DNA of 64,000 bases from Camelus ferus (Eukaryota), in contig NC_045704.1 of NCBI RefSeq assembly GCF_009834535.1, positions 17,856,001-17,920,000 of the forward strand, written 5' to 3'. A program made the translations under genes and the position numbers. Under the pieces are notes generated by a model that had not been told where the DNA came from, did not search any database, and was given only the letters and a program-made list of their open reading frames with translations. Below, piece after piece: positions 23,552-33,800 of this stretch (the stretch's first letter is position 1; every line of letters begins with the position of its first letter).

Positions 23552-26500
23552 ATGATTTCTCCATGCTCTCCTCCCTTAGAGCCACCAAGAGCCCCTGCAC
23601 CCCAGGCCCCCATCATTCCACCTCCTCCCCTACCCCCAGATCTCCCGGATTTAACTTTTCCACCCTCTTCCTCGAGCTTCCAGACCCCTATTCCCCCACC
23701 ACCCCCAATGCCGCCTCCACCCCCTGCCAAGGTGTTTGCGCCCCCTCATGTCTTCGGCCTGGAGAAGAGCCAGCTCCTGAAGGAGGCCTTGGAGAAGGAC
23801 GGCCGGGTCCCCAGGGGCAGAGAGGACGTCCAGAGGCTCCTGAAGCTGCACAAGGACCGGTAGGGTCCCCATGCCCCCACCTGGGGTCACACCAAACCAC
23901 CTGTTCCCAGATCACTTCAGCCATCTCCTCTTGGGGTTTCTTATTTCCTCAAGGTCAGAGGGCCTGACTGCTACAGCCCCCTACTTAGACCCCTTCAGTG
24001 CCGGTGTACCTTCAACAATGAAGAAAGATCCTGCCCTCATAAGCATCTAGGCCAGTGGGAGAAACAGATCCCTCCCTTCACCAGGCAGTGACCACCCAGA
24101 GTGGTCAGAGCTGTGAGGAGGGAGCCCAGCGGGTTGAGAGTCAGTGGGGCCTGCCTGGAGAGGGTGGAGAGGACCCTTGAGTGCTGTTCAAGTTGCAGGG
24201 GTGTGTGGTAAGAGGAAACAGCTTGTGCCCAGGCCCAGAGTGAAATGAAGAGATGTTCTTTTCAAGGACCTGCAAATATTTCTTTAACAGGACCAAGGAG
24301 GTGGCAAACGTGGGGTTTCCCAGGTGGGCAGACCACACGGGGCATCGGAGGGGCCGTGTGAAGGCAGGTGGACTGTCCTGAGGGCCCTGGGAGCTGTGGA
24401 AGGGCCTTGTGCCCTTCTGGGGAGGAAGAAAGGCTACCTTTGAGGAGTGGAGGTGAGGGACTGGAGTCTAGGGGTCCAGGAGGAAGCTGGGACACCCAGA
24501 AAGCGAGGCAGGACGGGTGGGGAGCTAGACCTGGGTTGGGGCTGAAGGACAGAGAGAGAAGTGACCTGCCCAGACTCAGAAGAAACTTCCAGCCCTCTAG
24601 ACAAGTTGAAGTCTGCACTAAACGGCCCAACCATAGTAAGACAAACATAATGCAGATAACCGCCACCCATTACTGCCCATCTACCATGTGCCAGGCGCTG
24701 CTCTGAGTGTTTTTACTTACTAATTTATTTAATCTTCTCAACGATTCCATGAGACAGGAACTATTATTCCATTTTCCAGATGAAGTAACTGAGGCTCACA
24801 GAGGTAAAGTCACTTAGCCACAGTGCTTAGAAGAGGAAGGGCCCAGTTTCAACTCTGGCATGGCGGCCAGGCTCCAGGCTTTTGGCCACTGGGCCATGAT
24901 ATGGTCTCCTCTCATCAGGAGGGTGCCCCCCCCCAGGCCTTGCTCTTTCACCGGCCTTGAAATAAGAGTATAAGCAACTTACTCTACACCTCCTGAGCCC
25001 TGGGAGGGTGGGAGGTGGGAGAAGGATTGGAGTCACCAGAACGTTCTGAGTGGCCTCCCTAAGGAGGGGCTGGGCTGACCTGTAAGGACTCTGTCAAGGT
25101 GATGGCTTAGGCCTGGAGCAAATGTTACTTGGTTTTGCTCAAGGCTGAGTGAAGAGATTTCAACGCTGTCTAACTGCCTGAGAAACTGGCTTGAGGGGGA
25201 AAAATTTCCAGAGTTTGGATATTGATGAAATAAAATTCCTATTTTATGGTAAACAGAAAAATTTAAACATAAAGTTTTTGTTTTCCCTTTTGGGCCTCCT
25301 CCCTCCCGTTTAGTGTATATTGTACATCTGCATTAACCAAACCTCCTTAGGGAAGAACATTCTTTCTTAATCTCATCAAGGATCACAACTCTTAGGGGAG
25401 ACAACCTTTGTTCTTTTTTTTGTTCTTTTTCTCTTTTTTTTTTTTAAACAACCTTCCTTGACCTTGTAAGGGGCCACAATGACCTATGACCCACAGCTTG
25501 CTTTGTACTTACAGATCTGGATTGAGTAAACTGTCAGTAATATGCCATTTGACATGTAACTAACCCTTCGTCTCAAAAATTTATGTAACTGCTTTGACCT
25601 CTAATGGTGGGAGTTATAGTCCTGAGTTATAGTCCCCAGGTTGGCTTGAATAAAAATTTCCCTTCTTAGATTGACTATGGATTAAGCTTTTCATCAATGA
25701 TGTAGAGACAGCCCTTCAAGAAATTTCCTCTAATAAATAAATCTCCCTGGCTGCTAGTTGCGGCTTTTGCACAACTGCTCTTTGCCCCATCAGTAACTGA
25801 GAGAAAGAGCAGGCGGAAGAATGATTCCCGCTGAGCAGATGAGGAAGCTGAGGCTGCAGAGGGGAAGTGTCTCATCAGGGGTGAAGGGAGTCTGACCCAG
25901 CTAAGGTGTCTTCAGGCCTCAGGACAGCCAAGCCTGTGTTCCTCCCCTTCACCGTCCCTCGATCCCACCACTTCGAGCCAGACCTCAGTGCGGGGACTCT
26001 AGGAGCTGGTTCCCGCGTGACCTAAGTGTGGCTCTGATTCAGTTTCAGAAGTGACCTGCAGTGGATCCTCTTCTGTGCTGACGTGCCCTCCCTCATCCAA
26101 GAAGGCCCTCAGTACGTGCCCTGATCCAGGACCCCAGCCCTTTGGCAGGCCGTGGTTCTGAGCCTCTGCCCTTGCCAGGCTCTGTGAGGATTGACCCAGG
26201 AGGGTGGGAAGAGTTGGTTCATCCCAGGCAACCTGGGGAGAAGGTGAGAGGAGGAGGAGGGGAGGGAGAGGGGAACTTACAGGTCAGGGTGCACATGCAG
26301 TAAACATTTGGAACGAAGGAGCAAGTGAACAAACGAATCTGGTCCATCATCTCTCTTCCTCCTGGAAGCCCAGGTGATGTCTTTCCCTACTCGGCCTGGG
26401 AGAGGAGAGGGGAGCTCCCCTAGGGCATCAGACCTGTTCCCCACACTCCAGCTTCCAGGGCAGAGGGGGCCCAGGAAAGACACGACTTAGGGGTTGAGGG

Positions 26501-28403
26501 GCTGGGCCTGTCTCTCCCCAGGTGCGGGCTAGTGGCCTTGTGGATGGCAGGCACCCTCCTGGCACCCCACAGCGACATACCCCTGGAGAGAGTGGTGCAG
26601 GTGGCCATGGAGAGGGGTTACACGGCCCAAGGGGAGATGTTCTCTGGTAAGTTGGGTGTGGAAGGGTCTCAAGCCAGGTGTTCTGCAGGAAGGGACTGGA
26701 GAGGTTGGCTGGGACATACCAGGTGCATGAGGGGCCTTTGTTCCATTCTCTGGGCCCTTCCCCATCCAGTAGAGCAGAGTGTTACGAGGTGGACTCTGGA
26801 GCCAGGCTGCTTGGGTTCCCAGCCCATCTCTGCCACTGTCTGCTGTGTGGCCATGGACAAGCAGCTTACCCTCTCTATGCCTCACTTCCTACATTTGTAC
26901 AGAGAGGTGATGGTCAAGGTGAAGGTTATGGGCACTGATTCCAGAAAGCCTTTGGCATGCTGCCAGGCCCACGGTGATCCCTCTTTCTCTGTCTGTTCTG
27001 TCCCTGCAGTGGCTGACATGGGCAGGCTGGCCCAGGAGGCACTGGGCTGCCAGGCAGAGGTGCTCTGTGGTGGCCTGGGTGGTCCTAACAGAGACCATGT
27101 CCTACAGCACCTTGTCGCCGGACATCCCCTGCTAATCCCGTATCCTGCAGCTGGGATGGGAGCTGGGCAGGGATGGAGAAGGGTGGGTCCCAGGGCCACA
27201 CCACAGCTTTGGTCTTAACCCCAGTGCCAGCTACGATGAGGACTTCAACCACGAGCCATGTCAGCGGAAGGGCCACAAGGCCCACTGGGCAGTGAGCACA
27301 GGTGGGTGCCCCCTCCCATATCCTGTGCCCTCACCCAGGATCTCCCCAGCCCAGTCATCCCTCCTCACAGTCTCACCTCCTCACTGGTCTCGAGGCAGGA
27401 ACCAGGGTTGGGCCATCTCTATCCCCATAGGGTCCTTAGAGGGGGCCTGGCTGGCAGCAGGTGCCTCAGTGTCTGCCAGTTGGGCTTCCCACAGACAGGA
27501 ACTCAGAACGAGGACAGGAATCAAACAGTCTGAGCTGCAGGCTTGGTCCAGCCACTTCCAGGGCCTCCATTTTCCTATCTGGAAATCCTGGTGACAATAG
27601 TACCCATCTCATTGGCAGAGGAAGTAAAACTGTTTGAATGGTACCTGGTATGTCACACGTCCCAATAAGCGTTAGCTATGATTGCCATCGTCATCTTTCC
27701 ATCTGCCTGAAAGAAGGCCAGATTGGCACATCAGGTGGCCTGGATGGAGGCCCCCTTGTGTGCATGGCTGTCTGACTTTGAGGGCGCCTCTCTGAGCAGC
27801 GCCCTCCTGGACACCTGGAGGCCAATGGGTCACAGTGTTTCCTCTGTTCAGTGCCGCCCTGCCACCTCCCTGTGCTGACAGGCTGTAGAGGCAGGATGTA
27901 AAATGCCTGCAGCTCTCGGAACTCAACACCTTGGGTCCAAATCCAGCCGGCTCTCTGCCTGCTGACCCCTGCTGACTTCTGCATGACAATGGGGTGATCG
28001 AGGCTGGGCAACCAGCACCTCATCAGTGCTCAGCTCCTACTCACAGCCTCCCCTTCTCCTCCCAGGGGTCCTGCTGGGTGTGCAGGCTGTGCCTGGCCTC
28101 GGCTACACGGAGGACCCCGAGCTGCCAGGCCTGTTCCACCCAGAGCCCGGCATGCCCCACCAGCCACCATCCGTGCCGGAGGAAGGCTCCCCAGGAGCCG
28201 TCTACCTTCTCTCCAAGCAGGGCAAGAGTTGGCACTACCAGCTGTGGGACTACGACCAAGTCCGGGACAGCAACCTGCAGCTGACGGACTTCTCGCCCTC
28301 GCGGGCCGCCGATGGCCGGGAGTATGTGGTGCCCGCTGGCGGGCTGCGGGCCGGCCTCTGCGGCCAGGCCCTGCTCCTCAGACCACAGGACTCCAGCCAC
28401 TAG
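23552..28403 (+). CDS. ACTMAP: Actin maturation protease (C19orf54), 346 aa, exons 23552-23859, 26043-26111, 26522-26646, 27010-27139, 27231-27301, 28066-28403
   Basis: 308+69+125+130+71+338 = 1041 nt, open frame. Proline-rich N-terminus MISPCSPPLEPP, then HVFGLEKSQLLKEA, GPQCGLVALWMAG (catalytic Cys motif), YDEDFNHEPCQRKGHKAHWAV and SKQGKSWHYQLWDY. Intron 4 has U12-type signals. Confidence 0.95.
24640..24870 (-). mobile_element. MIR
   Basis: TTTTCCAGATGAAGTAACTGAGGCTCACAGAGGTAAAGTCACTTAG. Confidence 0.75.
25081..25698 (+). mobile_element. Probable solo ERV LTR in ACTMAP intron 1
   Basis: About 620 bp, begins TGTAAGG, AATAAA at 25649 about 45 nt before a CA-containing end, LTR-like composition. 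TSD not resolved. Confidence 0.55.
27140..27230 (+). other. U12-type (minor spliceosome) GT-AG intron, ACTMAP intron 4, 91 nt
   Basis: Donor /GTATCCTG against consensus GTATCCTT. Branch TCTTAAC at 27213-27219, about 12 nt before the AG. No polypyrimidine tract. The junction restores LLIP-YDED in frame. Confidence 0.88.
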
Positions 28404-29627
28404 CCTGCTGCAGCCCCGAACCAGGGTGACAGGACCTGGCCACAGCCCAGCTTTGACATGTTTGCAGAGCGCCCCCGCTTCTCCCCCTGTGCCACAGCCC
28501 GAGGGTTGGGCTGGATCTCTGAGGACCTTCAACCAGAGCTCCTTCTTACAGGGTCCCCCTGAATCCATCCAGTCCCATTCTTGGGCATCACCCCAACTCC
28601 CCCTCCCCGAAACCCACCACCCACTTACTCTGTGGGCTGGGGTTACAGCCAGGAGCCAGACAGGCTCCATCTACACAGAAGAGACTGATTAGCTCAGTCC
28701 CCAGACCTTGTCAAACCCATGTCAGTGTTGCTTCCACCTGTTTCTCACCAGTGACCACCACCTTCTAAAACACTGCCTTCTCTCTGCAAGAGCCTCCTCA
28801 CTGGACACCTTGCTGCCTCCCAGTGTCTGTTCACATGGAGCTGGGAAGCCATTAAAAAGGCAAACCAAGGTCTCACCACTCCCCTCCGGAGAAGCTGCCA
28901 GCAGCCTTGCCACTTCTGGCAGGATAGGGATTAAACTCCCAGCCCCAGCTCACCTCCCTCACCCCAGGCTGTTCCTCCTCACACTTTCTGCCACCAGCCA
29001 GCGATACTGGCCTTTCAGGTCCCTAGAGTGTTCTGTTCCCCTTGGAGCTTCTGCTAAAGATAGCTCTGAAATTTCTCTATCCTGGCTCCTTCCTCAGGGA
29101 ACATTCCTCAGCCTTTGGGCCGGACACCTCCCCAACCTGTTCTGATTAAAAACAAAAAGCAAATGCCTCTAAGACTGGTTATTTGCGCCAATCCCTTTAC
29201 CCCTGTTAATTCATCAAATCCTCCAGCTTCATAAGGAAGGTACTAGATCCTCTCCATCTGACAGATGGAGAGACTGGCCTGGGGAAGTGCAGTCACTGGC
29301 CTAAAGTCACATGACTGGCAAGTGGCAGGGACAAGATTCAACCAGATAATACCAATACAGTTAGATTATCATTTAATGAATACGTGTTGCATCCACTCTG
29401 AAAGGGGAGGAACTGAGCTGTCTTGGCCACCGCTGCGTCCCCTGCACAGAGCCAGGCACCAGAGTAGCAGCTCAGTGATGCCAGTGAATGAACCTGCCCG
29501 CCCTGAGCCTGCCTCCACCCCAAACCAGTCATCCCCTCACCGCCCCATCGCTAATGCTCAGATTATGAGTTCTGAGCCCACACACCCATGATGCAAAAGA
29601 GAAGACTCCACAAAACTGACTGTGCTG

Positions 29628-29633
29628 TTTATT
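29628..29633 (-). terminator. Probable ITPKC poly(A) signal AATAAA
   Basis: First minus-strand AATAAA after the ITPKC stop that I could see, giving a 3'UTR of about 1.3 kb. Confidence 0.7.
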
Positions 29634-30892
29634 GGGGTGTCCTCATGGGGGGAGACAGTGCAGTGATTTTGCCTCCTGTTCCCCAGCATTGCCCCACCTA
29701 ACAACTACCTCCCACGTATAAATAAGTGTAAAGATGGTCGGTAGAAAAGGAGCGCACCTTGGCCCTGGAAGACCACGTTAGAGCTTTGGCTTAAGGAGAG
29801 GGAGGTGCCTGTCCTCCCCACGTCCAGCCTTGCAGGCCAGGAACCCAGAGTTAGGTGCAGGAGAAGGACACCTCAGGGTGCTGGGGTCTTCGGTTTGGAC
29901 CAGGTTGCAGGCCCGAGGTCGTGGCCAGTAGCCCCACCCACCCTGTGCCTCAGGCCCAAGCAGGGCCTCTTCAAGGCAGAGGTTAGGGATGGGTGCCTCC
30001 CGAGGGAGGCAGCTGATTCCCAAGCCTGCTTCTCCATCTGAAAGCCCTCCCTGCCACCTCAGTCTAGTCCGCTAGGAGGAAGGAGACAGAAAAGGGTAAA
30101 GGGCAGATGAGGAAGTCCCGAGGCTGAGGTTGGTGCCCGAGGAACGAGGTTGTGCTTGGTCACAGTGCTGACGCGGGACTTGGCCGTGGTTTTGGTCTGC
30201 AGGGGTCAGCAGAGTTCTCCCAGGAGTAGGGAGGATGCCATGGGGCCAAAGGTGGAGAGGACAGGGTGAACGAGGCCCCGCCCAGCAGTGTCAGCTCCCC
30301 GGCCAGTCCCGTGGGGCCACACCCTTAGAGCCAGTCGGCACTCTGAGTGCCCACCGCCCCCGGATGAAGAGCTGGGGCCATAACTAGTCTGGGTGGTGAA
30401 CCAATGGCTCTTACATTTGTTCACAAATAAGGTCTGGTTCTCCGGGGCCCCACAGGGAGCCAGCTTGCAGAGGGAGGGGCTGACAAGGAGGCAGTGATCA
30501 CAGTCATTCATGTGGTGACAGGCCCAAGGTCACACCTGTGCCTTGCGGCATCTGCATTGTGTTCTTCCAAGGCGCGTGGTTTAGTTGCAGCCTCTGCAGC
30601 CCCTTCCTGGCTGGTCAGAGGACCCAGTCTGGTTCTGACTCATGGTGGGACCCAACCAGGTCACGCTGCCTTGCCAGTTCTTAACAACCCCTGTGTCATG
30701 GAAGATTAGGCGCTCCCTGATCTCCAAAGGCCCTTCGATCTTCCACGCTGGTCCTGCATGGTGTGCAACACAACCTCTCCCATCCCTGGACTTCAGCTCC
30801 CCCGTGGCCAACCTCAGGCCTCCACGCATCTCGGGGCCCCTCCAGCCAGACGGTCACCATCCAATAAATAAACCTGGGGATGGGCGAGCGGG

Positions 30893-33800
30893 TCAACTCT
30901 GAGCCAGGCCCTGGAGGAGGTGAATCATGTTGTCCAGGCCCCAGAGGTAGCCGTCCTCACGGTTGCCCTCAGCCCAGGGCAGCCGGTGGCTGAGCGTCTG
31001 GTGGTCAGGCAGGGCCACTGTCTTGCCGAAGTCAATCATCCAGACCTTGGCCAGGCCGGTGTGGTCGTGCACAAAGAGGAGGGAGCTGCCTACCACCTGC
31101 AGAGGGAGGGAGAGGCAGGAGGTTAAAGGGAGGAGCAGGCACTGGCCAAGGTCCTTGCTTCTCCAGGCAGCTGAGCAGGGTATCTGACAGCATGAACTTT
31201 GGAGCCAGGCTGCCTGGGTTCAAATTTGAGCTTTATTTTCCTTCCAGTGAAGAACCGATTATCACAGAGGTTCACGGGATGAAACTCTGGCCCACGGGTC
31301 TTACTGTAGTTTACATGTGCCTATAAATTATTTAGGAAAAAAAAAAGAGAGAAAAGAAAAGGGAAAAAAGGGGAGAAAAATGGTGTCTTAACCTGGCAAT
31401 TTACCAAACTATCTTAAAAACAGATGCTGGTGGCAGGAGGGTATAGCTCAAATGGTACAGGGCTTGCTTAGCATGCAGGAGGTCCTGGGTTCAATCCCCA
31501 GTGCCTCCTCTAAATATAAATAAATAATTTACCTACCCCTCAAAAAACAAACAAACAAAAAACCCCAAATGTTAGTGACATAGTTAAGTAGCAATGAGCC
31601 TCATATCTATGGTCTGTCTGTCCTGCTGTTTCAAAACCATTTCACATACGTACACTACGGAGGTAAGTTAGTAACTTGAAATGTGAAACCTTCTTTTTGG
31701 GGTTAAGAACAAACTATATGAATGTTAGGAAAAAAAAAACTTTCCTGAGTTCTCTGTTTTCAAACATGCTGGCAGTTTAGTTGTTAAGTTGCTTTGTATT
31801 TGAAAAGATTTTTAAGTTTATTTAGACCTTGCTTCATTGACAGAACATTGTTAGGATGTATGTAGTGAATAAAGCTTTCTTTAAAGAAAAAAAGATCCTA
31901 GCTCTGCCATTTACTGGCTCTGTGGCCTTGGGCAAGTGACTTAACCTCTCCTTAATCTCTGTGTCCTCATCTACAAAGTCAAAATGATGGATTGAGAGCA
32001 CCATTTACCTCAAAGGTTGTGCTTACTGTAAGTATGAATTAATCCAGATGAAGCTCTTAGAAGAGTGGCCCACATAAACAAATGCACAACTAGCTTAATT
32101 GTTACCCTTTTTCAAGCTCGGGTACAACTCAAATGCCAGCAGGATCCTGATTGGGTCAAAGGAGCCCAGTGGGGACTGAGAAAGTGGATAATACCTCCCT
32201 GTGGCTAAAGGGCATCAACTATTAGCCCCAGTGGATTGCTGCTGGGGACCCCAGACCAGTGGCTTCCTTTCCCCGGGCCTCAGTTTCCTCATCTGTAGAA
32301 TGGGGATGATAATAGCCCCTGCATCCTGGGGTCAGGGCAGCATTCCATGATCTGCAATTCACAAGGTGCCTTGTGGGGTCTGGCACACAGTCCTCAGTAG
32401 ACACTGGGGTTTTTAGTTTTTGTTTTTGTTTAATTAGAAATACATTTTTTGGGGGGAGGGTATAGCTCAAGTGGTAGAGTGCATGCTTAGCATGCAGGAG
32501 GTCCTGGGTTCAATCCCCAGTACCTCCTCTAAAACTTAAGAAATAAATAAGCATAATTACCACCCCTTCTGGCCAAAAAAACAAAATAAACAAATCACTC
32601 TTCAGAAATACATTCTTGCCTTTCATGTAACTCTATGTTTGCAAGCCCGTCCCTTTCACTAGTTGGGTTTCAAACACCATGATTCCCAGAGAACCCAGAC
32701 TGGGCAGGTGAGCAGGTGGCTGTCAGAAGAAGGTCAGCATATGGTGAGTGGCCCAGCGTGGCCACATCTCCCATCACGCCAGGGGAAACCGGAAATCTCA
32801 ATTTTGGTGTGAAATCTCACACGTTTTAAATGTTGGCAACTCATCTCTTAAAATGTGAAGTCACCGGGCAGGTGAAACTAAACAGGGGGACAGAAGAGAT
32901 GGGGTCCCCAGGCCTCCTCTTTGTGACTTGTGTGTAAAGCCCGAGGGTGGTGATGAGGATGATGAGGGTGACTTTTGGTGATAACAAACATGACAGTAAA
33001 AGTTGGCACATACTGAGGGTTTACTGTGGGCCGGGCTTTAACTGTTTATTAATCCACTTAACCTTCACCACACCTGTGAGGCAGGTGCTGCTGTTTCCCC
33101 ATCCTGCGGGTCAGGAAACAGGCCTGCAGAGCCACTGCCCAGGCTCCGGTGGCTGGGAGTCAAATGCCTGCCTCCCAGATCGGTGCCCTTTCAGAAGTCA
33201 GTGATAGCAGGAAAGAGACAGGGGCTTGGAGGGAGAGGTGGAGATACACAGCGAAGTCACCCCTTCCCAGACTTTCTGAAACAGCCCGGAGAGATGAATG
33301 TTTCCAAAGAGACACAGGCTGCCAGAGGGAGACGAGAGGGGGAGGGGAGAGCCACTAAACCAGGAACACAGGGAACAATCATTGTAAATGATTGTGATTA
33401 TAAAATAATCACAAGAGCTGGGCGCCGAGAGCAGGTCTACACTCCCAACAACGCTCTGCAGTCTTCTACCTCGGTGGCTCTGTAAGGAAGGTGCTATTGT
33501 TCCTCCCATGTTAGGAGGAAACTGAGCCCTGACAAGGTAGGTCACATACCCAGGGTCACACAGCAGAGCCAGCCTTCATCCTCAGGCCACCTGGCTCAAG
33601 TCCACGCTCCTAACTGTCCCACCTCCCTGAAATCCCTAAGGCTGCCTCTACCGTAAAGAAACAAACCCTCAAACCAGGCCTCCTTTGGCCTGTGACCCTG
33701 CCGGCAGTTTCTCCTAAGTGCCACCTGGACCCCGACACTGCCCCCAAACACAGGGCCCTTTGTCCCCATGGCGGCCGGGGCTCGCACCTCGTGGGTCTTG

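Noticed and set aside
30863-30872. Overlapping plus-strand AATAAA pair as the ACTMAP poly(A) signal
   Set aside because: No GU-rich downstream element, 2.5 kb past the stop, and more simply read as an AU-rich element on the ITPKC strand.
32640-32880. Named DNA-transposon call here and at 43620-43950 and 49925-50115
   Set aside because: They look like hAT-type remnants but I cannot assign family or ends reliably without RepeatMasker.
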